Assembly (NCBI GenBank): GCA_965240325.2
Contig: OZ251243.1
Coordinates: 744,001-808,000, forward strand
Source: Rebecca billardiae RCC1528
Taxonomy: Eukaryota > Protista > Haptophyta
Length of the DNA stretch: 64,000 nt
Direction of reading: 5' to 3'
The notes beneath the pieces were generated by a model that made no database searches, was not told the origin of the DNA, and saw only the letters and a program-made list of their open reading frames with translations. This document shows, piece after piece, positions 1 through 10,920 of this stretch. A program made the position numbers and the translations under genes. How positions within the stretch are numbered: position 1 is the first letter of the stretch; every line of letters starts with the position of its first letter.

Positions 1-2059
1 GGACGGCTCGCCTTGCGGGGCTGGGTATGTACAGTTACATTGTAGTGGCTGCCGGCTGACTCCCATCCCCTGGGTGCTGCTTTACCGTCGTGGCCTTTGC
101 TGCGAGCACAAGGTCAAGGATCGTACCGCGGTCTGCGAGGCAGAGTCGACGGAGTCGTCGCTTGAAGATGGTTGAGAGCGCTCATACGTCTTCCTTGGTG
201 TCGTGCAGCTACTCCAGCACGCAAGGCTCGCGCTTTGGCACGTGTTTGGTGTCCATGGGTGGCACATTGTGCCATTCGGGTGGCTCGGAAGCACGTGCTC
301 GGGTGTCTTCCCCGTTTACGTGCGGTGGGTCAAGTCACCACGCACGGCCAGAGCATGTCATGGCACGCGGAGGGTGCCCATGAACGATCCCCACCCCGGT
401 GGTGGCCGTAGGCGCACTCGAAGCGGTCGCATCGTCACCCGCGGATCACATCAGTCCGCCGTTGAGGCTGTCGGGCGAGCAAGGACGTGCGATCTGACCC
501 TTGGACGAGCAGCTAGAACCGCGATTATGCCTCGTCTAAGGACGCACATGTCGTCGTTGTAGGCAGTACGGATGCCCCAAGTGAAAGGGCGGGCGTGGCA
601 CGCGACTTGACAGCTTGAATGACTCGATGCACGCCGCCATGGACACGCGATCCGGATCCGTTGCGAACCTGCCGTGTGGCTCACGGCGGCGCGCGTTGTG
701 CCGCAGATCGGCCAGTCGCCACGCAGGAGATGGTCTCCAGACCAGGTCCAGCACCTGGCCGACTGCCGCACGCCTGGCCGGGTGGGAGTCCGGCCCTCTT
801 CTTGTCTGCAGGAGTGCGCGGAACGCCAGGCGGAGCCTCGTCCGACCACTGCACCCCGAGCGCCGCACTAATCGTGCAGCCTGGGACAGCTACCCACCTA
901 TGGCGAATATGTAACGACATAGTGACATTTAATTATACAGACTCAGAACGCATATTTATGCGGGTACATTGCCCATACTATGCGGGTACAAATGGGTAAT
1001 ATAGTCGATCTTGCAGTAGTTGAGTACGGCCACTTGCGCACAGACCAGAGCCCATCCTAATGGCCTGTACCAAGGTTCATGCTCGCCTCGACGTACGCCA
1101 ATAAGTAAGTTCGTGCATTTTGGCTCATTTCGGCTAAGTACTTACCCACATTCAGACTGACGATTCTCTATGTGTCCGTAGTTGTCCGCGGCGCGCGCGC
1201 GCACGCTCACGACGGGCCGCGGATGCGATTTTTAGGCCGAAACTTTTGCTCCGCCCGGGCTGGGCCCATTTGCTACGCTGTTTCCGGGTGTGAGCGCGCG
1301 CCTAGGGGCCCGCATTCATTTGGCGATAAAATCCCCGAAAGTGCTCCAGTGCGTTTGGACCAGGCTACCGATACTGCGACTGCAGCAGGCCAATGTCCTG
1401 ATCGATCGTCCACGACGAGTCGTTCTGCGTGTAGAAGCGCAGGACGCGCTGGTCGTGCATGGTGCGCAGCGCGGTGTGCAAGCGCGCGAACGCGCGCTCA
1501 GGCGAGTCCTCCAGCAAGAGCTCGTCCTGCGGCTCGGTGCCCGCAAAGAGCCTTTTCGGCTTTGAGCCTCCGATCGCCCTCGGTCGCTCGGCGACTCGGC
1601 GTGTGCCGGGGCCGCCAAATAACGCTTACGGGTAAGATTCCCTCATTTGGTCATATCACTTATTCGGCCACGCCCGCACGGGGCGCATATCTGGTCGAAG
1701 CGAACCGCCGTTTTTGTAAGTTTGTATAATAAGTTAATCTCATAAATGGTACGGCGAAACGGTGCGAAAACGCGTGCCTAGGCGTTTTTGATTAGGCGAA
1801 GATCTGGCAGCCTGGCAGGGTTCATTTCGCGGGTACCAATGGACAAACGAGCCGCGATGACGAACGTCGTGCCATAATACGTTGATACTGAAACGTTGTT
1901 TTTGAAGTGTGGTTCTCTTCAGAGGAGAAGGATAATAGGAGACGATACTTTACTCTTTGAATTGGAATCAGCAAACCAAAAGTGTATATCAGCAGGAGAA
2001 TCACGAACGGCCCACCATAATTATCAGAAAGATGCAGGCGCCTTTGTCCTATTCGAGTT

Positions 2060-2281
2060 CGATTTCTTCTATTACTTACTATCCAAGGATTAAGGAGCAG
2101 TACAAACGCAATCATGAGCAGCGATATCGAGTCAAATGCGGATTTCACACCTAAATCCACCTACAAAAATCCCCCAAATCCTGCGCGCATCCTCTTTTTT
2201 GATTTTGCGGAGCACGTGCGCCGCCCCCCCCCCCCCCCGGCTTTCGCTCACGCTCAGACCTTTCGGGGGGGCCGTGCGCCA
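2060..2281 (-). mobile_element. End of a repeat family (copy 1; copy 2 at ~55375-55602); minus-strand terminus A|TGGCGCACGG resembles the Helitron2-like family 5' end
   Basis: Near-identical ~220 bp at both loci. Homology stops at the same base (..GCCGTGCGCCA|T) in both copies. Confidence 0.6.
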
Positions 2282-2597
2282 TAATAAAATAAAAGAGAAA
2301 ATATAATCGCCTCGCAAAGAGACGAAGAAAAGCGCTTCGTGGCGCGCGGGGTCGCTTTCGTCCCCAGACCCGGCCCAGACCACTGATTATTGTGATATGA
2401 TTGATCCGACCAATAATTAATAACATTTTCAAACATTTGGCTATAAAACTATAATAACTAGTTACATACGCCGAGTCCCGTCGCCCGTCCCCGGCCGCTC
2501 CGACCAATGACAATAATGTTGACATGCTTATGGCTAAATAAACTACGAGGCTTCGTCTTTATTTTAATATGATGACGTCTATGGCTATAGCTAGTTA

Positions 2598-3929
2598 TGG
2601 CCCGCGGTGCAGGGCGGAGCGCGCAGCGTGGAGCCCGCAGTGCGGGCCCTAACCACGTTTCAAGAAGATCTTTGATCAAAGAAAAAAGGGCCCGGGGCCG
2701 GGGCGATTTTCAGGGAGGTGGAGACCGAGTTTCGATTTTTTGAGACCGCGCATAGACTCACTGATAGAGAGTAGAGACGTTCATTCGGCGAGAAAAGACC
2801 GCGCCCACGATATTCCCTAAGTAAAGTGCGATCTGGACGTGAGCCGGACGTGACGTTAACGTAATAACGGTTCGTTACGAGCGCGAATCGTATTCGTCGT
2901 CCTGGATCGCGTGACGACTGACGTCCGGACTGGGCCACTCATCCGGATCGGAGGTGACGTGCCCCGCACGATGGCGGATGGGACATTGGGACCAACCCCT
3001 CGGGCTGCGAGCGCGCCTGCACGTGCCTCCGGACCCGCCTCCCGCTTGCTGCTCATGCAGTCAGCTGCGACCGTGGCGCATGATCGCAGAAGCAGTGCCG
3101 GCAGTACGGCCTGCATCAGCTAGTGCCGCGCCGTCGTGGCGCGCGCGGTACGGTTGCGTTTGCAATTGCAGCGCTCGCGCTCGGCGACGGCACGCGCGTG
3201 CGGCTCAGGTGTGTCAAATGCGGTCTCGTCGGCGCGCTTTCGCCTGCCACCTCGTGCACCCGTGCCGCCAGCTTCATCGTCTTCATGAGGACTGCTGCTG
3301 CTGTCGCCATCCGCTCTCCATCACCCCGAGTCGCGCGGCGCGCGCGGTCGCTAGCAGGGCGTACGGTCACTCACCCGTGCAACGGGTCAAGTGGCCAGAG
3401 TACGTCTGGTCGTTGGCTGGCACGGGCCGCAGCGCTAAAGCACCCTGCTGTCACACCCGACTCCTTCAGTACTCCGAGCTCCGCGCGGCACGACTCACTT
3501 GGCACGATCGCGGACGGCCGGTCGGACTTCCGAGCTGATCAGCCAGAGTTGGACAGTTTGGCAGCTAGTAATAGTTGTCAGACGGCGTCCGATGCCGATG
3601 GCACGATCGCGGACGGGTCGGATCCGAGCTGATCAGCCAGTTGGTGTTGGACATTTGGCAGCTAGTTGTCAGACGGACGTCCGATTTGACCGGTGCCGGG
3701 TGCGGTCTCAGGTCCGCTGAGATCTGGTCCGCTGCTGTGATTGTGTGAAGTGTGAATGGGTCTCGCGGTCGCAGGCAGGGCGACGGTCGGACTAATAGCT
3801 TCAGTCATCTCAGAACCGACTTCAACTGGCGAACTGCCACTACGGCGGAGAGCCGCGATTGCACGGCCACCGCGGGCCCCCAACTGCGTTGATTCTTTCT
3901 ATGCAGAAAAGGACCGCGGAACGCGGTCA
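2598..3929 (+). mobile_element. Non-autonomous Helitron2/Helentron-like element, complete copy A
   Basis: Starts A|TGGCCCGCGGTGCA. Subterminal inverted copy CACCGCGGGCC at 3868-3878. Terminal hairpin GACCGCG-GAA-CGCGGTC at 3912-3928, then A|T. No TSD. Body shared with 29420-30441 and 8464-8750. Confidence 0.8.
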
Positions 3930-4007
3930 TACCGGCGGACATTCGTGTAGCCTGTTAGTAGCTAGTCGGCCGTAGACGTAGGTATAGGCCACTAGGCAGT
4001 AGGCTGC

Positions 4008-4120
4008 TTTTTTTTTAAATTCCCCTTTATAACGGGCTCCGGGTGATCAGACTGGCGGCCGAAGCCTCCAGCCCTACCCTGGCCAGCCCCCAACCAACCA
4101 CCACCCTCACCCAACCTCAA
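4008..4120 (-). mobile_element. 3' end of a non-LTR retroposon (SINE/LINE-like) with A-rich tail
   Basis: Reverse complement of 8993-9095 and 7186-7233. Poly(T) on the plus strand corresponds to the A tail. Confidence 0.55.
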
Positions 4121-4242
4121 ACCACTGACCGATACACCGAGTGCCTTGACACCACTCCGCTGTGGACAGCCCGCCTCCAGAGGGGGCGGGGGTATGCCAT
4201 TGCCGACAGCATGGCTTGTTCTTACTACGCATCTACTGTACT

Positions 4243-6289
4243 CACAGTAAAGAAATCGATTTTCGGCGTTACCGTAACCCGTCCGCACTTCCGCCCAGTG
4301 GGGATGCGCTGGAATTTTTTTCATGCCCCGTTCGCGGCACTTCGCGCCGCCACAGTGGAGAAAGATCGGGCCGGAAGCCGTTTGAGCATGGTCGGTCGTG
4401 CGCACGCCCATTCGAATCGATGGCGCGCTCCGAGCGGCGGGCGTGCGCGCATGACTGCCGCGAGGGGGGCTGCGAGGCGTCGGCCGGCTTGCCAAGGCGG
4501 TTCCCTGGGGTGGCGTCACCCTCCCCCGCCCCTCCTCGCCCACCCTCGCCCCACGGGCGGCCACACGTGACCTGTTAAGATGAGGTCACGGGGGCCGCGC
4601 GGCACGCGCGCGGAGAGGCGAGGAAGTGGTGTTTCGCGGAAAAACGTTCTATAGCATTGTGCCCAACCCATGTGAGCACCCGCTCCACAAGTTTGCGCGC
4701 CTTCAAACCGCACACAGCGGCCTGAGCAGCTCCCAGACTGAGTTTCGCTCTTGAAGCCTGTTTTTGGGCCTGATCTTGGTGTGGATGTAGCGCGGCGAGG
4801 AGGCGCCGGGCGCGCGCCCGAGCTGCGTGCTGGCACTCGCCATGACCCATAGGCATCGTCCGTCGCGAACGACCCGGCTCGCCTCGACCTCTCCGACCCG
4901 CCGGGCAGCCACGACCGAGCACGGCACGACAATGGCCAAACCGGGAGGCTTCTCAGACCGCGTGGGATGGGCATAGGCGCGAGAGAGGGCGCCCAGCGCG
5001 CTCTTGAGATGCACAGGAGCACGCACTGATGCGTATGGAACCATCCCATCACGATCGCCCCGACCTGGCGCGCCCTATCTGGCCCGTCAGGCTGCCCGCG
5101 CCGCCGCCGCCGCGCCACGCCGCCGCCCAGGGGCGCCGCCGCACCGCGGGCACATGGGTAAGTCCGTATTCAACAAATACAGAATTTTCGGTGCGGCCCT
5201 CTTTTGGGCGGCAAGGTCGGTCTGGTCGACACCTGCCGCGCGGCATGGGCCACGGCGCGGCGAGGTGGCGGCTGGCGCACCGCGGCGTGGGCGGGATGGC
5301 TCGAGGACACCACCGCCCCGCCTCCCACGCCGCGCCGTGCGCGTGCGCCGTGCTCTCGTCGCGTACCGATTTTCCTGCGGCGAGCGACGTCCAACATCGC
5401 GACCATGCCATCGCGCGACGAGGTGCGTTCAGCTCGGCGATTTGTCGTATTTGTTGAATACATGCGGGTACGAATCGACCGCAAGGAGCGGCAAGGACGC
5501 CCTCGACGCACACGTCGAGAGCCACGCGCGCGGCGTGGACTGGCACGCGACGCGGAGATGGCGGGCGCGGTGCCGCGGGCGCGCGACTGGTCTAGAACAT
5601 CCCAATGAAGCGCGGGACGGCGCTGCGCGCCTGTGCTCGCCGCCGTCTCCTCGCAGTCGAAAATATCTGTGCACCCTTCTGTCTGGCTAGTCGACCGGCC
5701 GGCACGCGGCACGCGAGCAGTGTGTGTGGGGAGGAGTGTGACATGGCAGGCTGTGGCGAGGTGGATGGCCGTGCAGGTCTACGCTAGGAAGGGCCGCTCC
5801 CGCGCTCGCGCGGTGCCTCGCGCACGCCTCGTCGAGGACGAGCGTGTTTGAATGGCTCCGGAGAAGGCTTACGATCGCTCGTTGATGGGCAGCGCGCGAC
5901 ACGTGCACACGACGAAGGTGACGACCAGGCACTCCGGCGAGGGCGGCTGTGCTGGTAGCAGACTGCATTCGGAGTAAGATGCGCCATCTTACGCGCCGCT
6001 TCGCCTCGCTGCATCGCCGCACTGAGCAGCAGGGCTCCACGCTCACGAATGGCTCACCACGAGCTGACGTGACCGGCCAGCCGCGTGCAACCCGGCGAGG
6101 CAGAGAGGGGCGGAGGGATGGGGAGGCTGGGTGGGATGTTGCAGTCCCATGCCCGGGGCACTCGCCAGGCGCCTGCGCGACCACCGTAGCGTCGTCTGTG
6201 CGCTCGTGCGGCCCGCGCGAGAAATTCCCCGAAAATCGGCTCGTGTCGGACGGGTTACGGTAACGATAATCCCGTTTTTGTTCACTGTG
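4243..6289. mobile_element. Non-autonomous CAC-ended DNA transposon (CMC/EnSpm-like), 2-bp TSD CT
   Basis: Left end CACAGTAAAG...CGTTACCGTAACCCGTCCG. Right end CGGACGGGTTACGGTAACG...TTCACTGTG. CT flanks both sides. No transposase ORF recognised. Confidence 0.65.
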
Positions 6290-6956
6290 CTACATTGTTC
6301 GTCACATTGTCAAGTCGTATAGTATATTCCACATTCGTAGTCCGACATTACTTACGCGTACTTTATATAGCTCGCGAGCGCCATATGTCATAGTGATATA
6401 TGTATGATGTTTGCTTTCGCCGCGACGAGAGCCTTTCACTTTTAGCGCTGCTATTAGTGCTAAGTCCGAAGTCGCAGCCGCGCGTGCGCTGCGCCGTGCC
6501 GTTGCGCCGGGCTCGCCCGGGGAAGAAGGCGCCGCTGCAGCGCTCCTTCTGCCATCACGCGATCTGCCGGCTGAGAAAGACCTGACTTGCGCCCAATTTT
6601 GACCAAACTGATAACGGGCTCCCTCTATTCAAATAAGCGGGCGCTCGGCCGCGGCGGCATCCGCCGTCGCCGCCGCGTGCCCCACGCCCACGGGCCGAGG
6701 CGGTGCTCTGACATCCCAGCCCCGCTCCCGTAGGCGTAGGGGGGCGGGGCTGCGGGCGGCGCACTGCCTGACCTGGTCGGAACAGGCGCAGACGCATTCT
6801 ATAATATGTGTCTGCTGCACTCTGAGTCTGAGCCTGACGCTTGCCCGTTGCATACCAGTTACCACGTCGTAGATAAAGTATAAGCGGGTAGATTTATTGA
6901 CAATTGACGAATACGGCCCGCGCCAGTGGCTTATCCGGCATGCACTTTTGCTCATA

Positions 6957-7142
6957 CAATTTACTAAGAATAAGAGACGCACACAGCTCAGGCGGGCGAG
7001 ATCGACGCCCGCCAACTGTCACCGCCCATGAAGCCGTCGCCGTGGCTGCGCCGCGACTGGTCTCTCTTCGGAGAGCGTGCGATGAAGGATGGCGCGGCAA
7101 CCTGCCACCGTGAGCCTTACGCACGTTAAAACAAATAAACTG
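6957..7142 (+). mobile_element. Degenerate Tc1/mariner-like MITE (TA|CAGTTTACTA family)
   Basis: Left end TA|CAATTTACTAAGAATAAGAGACGCACACAGCTC matches copies at 12810, 17450 and 36807, and at 51560 (reverse). Degenerate right end GCACGTTAAAACAAATAAACTG. Confidence 0.6.
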
Positions 7143-7157
7143 TCGTATCACTTCTTA

Positions 7158-7266
7158 CAGTTTACTATGTTTCAACGTGCACACTGGAGGCTTCGGCCGC
7201 CAGCCTGATCACCCGGAGCCCGTTATAAAGGGGAATATTATTATAAAACACTTGGTTAAGGCGTGA
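7158..7266 (-). mobile_element. MITE end (TA|CAGTTTACTATG...GTGCACACTTGGTTAAGGCGTGA) interrupted by a retroposon fragment at 7186-7247 with TSD ACACT
   Basis: Uninterrupted paralogues at 54957-54998 and 36728-36769 define the empty site. ACACT occurs at 7181-7185 and 7248-7252. Confidence 0.7.
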
Positions 7267-7387
7267 CGAATTTACTTGCCCGCGGGGCAAAAGCAAAAGC
7301 AAAAGTGCAAAACCCCATCATGGCGCGGCTCCCGATGGAGAGCTGGGCCCGGGGGAAGTCAGGAACGCCCTTGATGAAAGTACGACG

Positions 7388-8359
7388 ATGAAGCGGCGCC
7401 AGCCGAGGCAGGGCGCCCGACATGGCGCTCGGTGGGTTGCTGCGCTCCTGCTCGCAAGTGTCTTCAGGACTCGGAACGAGAGCCATGCATTCCTCGTGGT
7501 CGGCGACCGGGGTTTGCCTTCACACTTTCGTGACCTGCACGTGGTTCCGGCCAGGCCACACGCAGTGATGGCCGACACGCCGTTCATCATGTGCACGGCC
7601 CCAAAGACGGGCTGCACGGGCTGAAAGGCCCTCATATACCGGATCAATTGCCACGCGCAGCCACCCTCCGACGTGGCGATCGACGCAGGCCATGTGCACG
7701 ATGTGACGAACGATGCGAGCAGCAAGCGCTGCATGCTGACAGCGCGCGACGTGACGCGCCGGCATGCGAAAAACCTCGCCAAATTCGACCGTGTCGTCGT
7801 CGCGCGCAACCCGTATGTGCGCTTCCTCTCGTCATACCTGGACTGGCTATCCCGGAACACGCACGAGCCAGCAGCGGCCAACGTAAGTTTCGCCCAGTTT
7901 GCGGCGATGTGGGATACACAGCGCCGCACGCCCAGCCGCTTCAGCTTCCTCGACAACCACGTCCAGCCCGTGGTGACGACGTGCTCGCACGCGGCGATGC
8001 GGTACAACATCGTCCTTCGCCTCGAGCAGCAGGAGCTCTGGTGGCACTCGTTCCTCGAGCGCTTCAACCTCAGCCGCCACGTTCTGGCGATGCCATTTAC
8101 GCTGTACACGCCCCGTCTCACGCCGGACACTGCGCTACGCGAGGTGATGGAGCAGGCGGTGGGCGCGGCGCCATGGACTGGGCTCGTGACGAACATGCAT
8201 CACCACCGGGGCTCCTCCGAGCGGGGGCGCCTCACCAGCATGTACACGCCGGCCGAGGCGAGCATCGTCACGCGCACGCACCTCGACTGGCTCGAGGACT
8301 TTGTTGCGTTCGGCTACCCAGTGTGGGACGGCAGGCCGCACACCTTCCGCTATGTGTAG
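7388..8359 (+). pseudogene. Carbohydrate sulfotransferase (Sulfotransfer_2/CHST-like) with a single in-frame TGA at 7622-7624
   Basis: ORFs 7388-7624 and 7673-8359 are in the same frame. N-terminal hydrophobic anchor, 5'-PAPS motif CTAPKTGCTG*K, 3'-PAPS motif VARNPYVRFLSSYLD, DNHVQP, C-terminal DFVAFGY. Confidence 0.75.
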
Positions 8360-8463
8360 CCCGGCCGAGCGCGCTATACCATGCCCATGGCCCATGAAGG
8401 CGGCGCGCGCAATATATTATTGCATATATATATATATATTATTAACGACTGACACTTATATAA

Positions 8464-8750
8464 TGACCGCGTTCCGCGGTCCTTTTCTACTGCATAGAAT
8501 CAACGCCGATTTCGGGGCGGGCCCGCGGCCGCGGCCTGGCCGTGCAATCGCGGCTCTCCGCCGTAGTGGCAGTTCGCCAGTTGAAGTCGGTTCTGAGATG
8601 ACTGAAGCTATTAGTCGACGACCGTCGCCCTCGGCCCTGCCTAGTGCCTGCGACCGCGAGACTCATTCAGACTTCACACAATCACGACTGCAGCAGCGTC
8701 GGACCTGAGACCGCACCCGGCACCGGTCACTGCTTGATTGGTCGTAACGA
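8464..8750 (-). mobile_element. 3' fragment of an A-type Helitron2-like element
   Basis: Plus strand A|TGACCGCGTTCCGCGGTCC. Matches 3660-3929 in reverse. Confidence 0.75.
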
Positions 8751-8751
8751 C

Positions 8752-9104
8752 ATCCAACACTACTGCACAAAGACACCGCCACAAAACAGACCGGCGCAGG
8801 CAGGTGAGGGGCGCGTTGCCGCACCTCATCGAGGCGGCCATTGCAGCAAGCGGCCGCCCCGCGCTCGGAGGCACGCGCTCGAGAGCGCGCTCTGACACCA
8901 CACGGGGAGGGTGCTGCACCTGGATGGACAACGTTGTACTTTAACTTGTAATTGTATCCCAGCCACGACCTCCGACCTCGAGAGTCGAGAGTGTTGAGGT
9001 TGGGTGAGGGTGGTGGTTGGTTGGGGGCTGGCCAGGGTAGGGCTGGAGGCTTCGGCCGCCAGCCTGATCACCGGAGCCCGTTATAAAGGGGGGGGGGGGG
9101 AAAA
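8752..9104 (+). mobile_element. Dispersed repeat ending in the retroposon 3' end (GGC-TTCG-GCC hairpin, GGAGCCCGTTATAAAGGGG, G/A tail)
   Basis: 8752-8985 matches ~36520-36720 in reverse. 8993-9095 matches 4020-4120 in reverse. Confidence 0.55.
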
Positions 9105-9194
9105 GTGCAGCCGCGCCAAACAGTAATAGTAGTAGTGCCGTCGAAATCGCTTCGCTGCCGCGTCGCATCAGATTTCACGACCGACTGATACGAG

Positions 9195-10697
9195 ATGGAG
9201 CAACCGCGCGCCGAGCTGAGCGGCGACATGGGGATCGCGTTGGCTGTCTCGACCCTCCTGCTGCTCGTGGCACCCGAGGCCGCTTTTCGGCACTCTCGCG
9301 GCGGTGGCGGCGGTGGCACGCTCACCACGACCGCCCTCGACTGCATCGAGTCTCGCGAGCGTGGCCGCGCCCTCGGCAGCCTCGAGCCGATCCTCGCGCA
9401 GATCCCGCACCCGTTCACGCCGTCGAGCGCGAGGCGTGCCACACGAAATCCTGGGTCCCAGAGCGTCAGCCTCGGGCCGCGGCGCGAGCTCATGGCGACG
9501 GCCTACTCGGCTTACCATGAGGACTTCTGTGCTCTCGTCCGCAACGAGACGCTCGCTAGGCTCGCCGCGCACGCGCTGAGCTCGGGCGTGGCCGTGAGCG
9601 AGGCGGGAGTCGACGTGGGCCCGTGGATCCGCAAGCGGATGGACGAGTCGCCCCGCGCCTCGCTGCGCGAGCTGCTTGACGAGCCGCCCCTGCGCGCGCT
9701 GCGGCAGCTCTACTTTGATCACATGGGTCCGATGCGTCCGTTCGCTGAGCGCGTCCACGCGGCCACGCCGGTGCCGGACTCGTGGCTGGGGGACAAGTGC
9801 AACGCCAACATGCCCGGCGCGACGATCCACTCCCGCTTCGTCCACGCCGACTGGCCCGCGCGCTACCGCCCGCGCCACGAGCTCGATGCGATCTTCCGCG
9901 GCGCGGGCGCGGAGCAGGGCCGCGCCATCTTCGAGGCGCTTGACCGAGATGGCGTGGCCCGGATCGAGCACTTCCCCGGACTCCGCATTGACGGGATCGC
10001 CAGATTGCCCATCAAGCGGCTGAAGAGGTCGAAGATCAGTGGCGACCCGGGCAAGCGGCCGCTGGGCCTCAGGGCCAAGCTCGCGCCCATCTTCAAGTGG
10101 CGCGCGCTCCGGCTCGCCGTGGACGCTTACTTGGGCGCGGAGGGCAGCCCGCACGCATGCTCTTTTGGCTGGAAGGCGTCGGCGATCCAGCCGACGGCGA
10201 CGGACGCGAACTTCCCGCCGGCCGCGTGGCACCACGACCAGGCGGGCCGCCGGCTCAAGATCTTCCTCTTCCTGCACGACGTCCACCCGATCACCGGCCG
10301 CGCGACGCGTGTCGCAACGGGCACGCACAACTACCACTGGTTCGCGCAGTCGCGGACGCACGACACGCAGTACGATGGCGACTGGGTGAACGCCAACCAC
10401 AAGGTGGTGGCGCTGGGCGGGCCGAAGGGTGGCGGCTTCATCTTTGACTCGAACGCGTTGCACCGCGCGTCGGGCAGCGGGACTGACCCGCGCTACGTCA
10501 TCGTCTTCGAGCTCGACCGCCCGGGCCGGTCGATGCTCGTCGCCGAGGGCGGCCTGCGCAACACGACGCTCGGGTTTGGCGGCACGCACTTCCAGGCCAT
10601 GTGCCCGAGCATGTACCAGGCGCGCATCGGCAACAACTCGGCCGTCCCGAATTGCCCGCCGCCGCTCGGACGCATCATCCAGGACAGGGACTACTAG
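9195..10697 (+). CDS. Secreted/lumenal PhyH-like 2-oxoglutarate/Fe(II) dioxygenase
   Basis: 500-aa intronless ORF with GC3-biased codons. Signal-like MGIALAVSTLLLLVAPEA. HxD motif in AAWHHDQ, LKIFLFLHDV, GTH, and FDSNALHRAS (distal His). Confidence 0.75.
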   Translation: MEQPRAELSGDMGIALAVSTLLLLVAPEAAFRHSRGGGGGGTLTTTALDCIESRERGRALGSLEPILAQIPHPFTPSSARRATRNPGSQSVSLGPRRELMATAYSAYHEDFCALVRNETLARLAAHALSSGVAVSEAGVDVGPWIRKRMDESPRASLRELLDEPPLRALRQLYFDHMGPMRPFAERVHAATPVPDSWLGDKCNANMPGATIHSRFVHADWPARYRPRHELDAIFRGAGAEQGRAIFEALDRDGVARIEHFPGLRIDGIARLPIKRLKRSKISGDPGKRPLGLRAKLAPIFKWRALRLAVDAYLGAEGSPHACSFGWKASAIQPTATDANFPPAAWHHDQAGRRLKIFLFLHDVHPITGRATRVATGTHNYHWFAQSRTHDTQYDGDWVNANHKVVALGGPKGGGFIFDSNALHRASGSGTDPRYVIVFELDRPGRSMLVAEGGLRNTTLGFGGTHFQAMCPSMYQARIGNNSAVPNCPPPLGRIIQDRDY

Positions 10698-10880
10698 GGT
10701 CATGACACGAGCGCGGCCGTCCCTGACCAATGTGAATGAATAACTAGCCGGTCGGCGCTCACACCGCTATCAATAAGAACTACTGCGCTGCTTATAAATA
10801 TATTTGACCGAGTAGTCAATGAGTCGGAGTTTTTGAATTTTGTAGTAGTATTATAATAACAGTAGATTTGCGGCGGATAC

Positions 10881-10917
<37 letters not shown>

Positions 10918-10920
10918 TTA

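Noticed and set aside
1-1820. Possible TE remnants or ORFs at the window start, including a TIR-like TCTGGCAGCCTGG at ~1803
   Set aside because: No matching opposite end or protein motif found.
7622-7624. Genome-wide TGA=Trp reassignment
   Set aside because: eIF6, EMG1 and the kinase end at TGA at their expected C-termini, and Trp is TGG elsewhere.
9168-10730. Long antisense and alternative-frame ORFs (also 19469-21406, 42782-44392, 15618-16964, 62489-63640 and others)
   Set aside because: Shadows of real genes caused by very high GC3; Arg/Ala/Pro-rich with no motifs.
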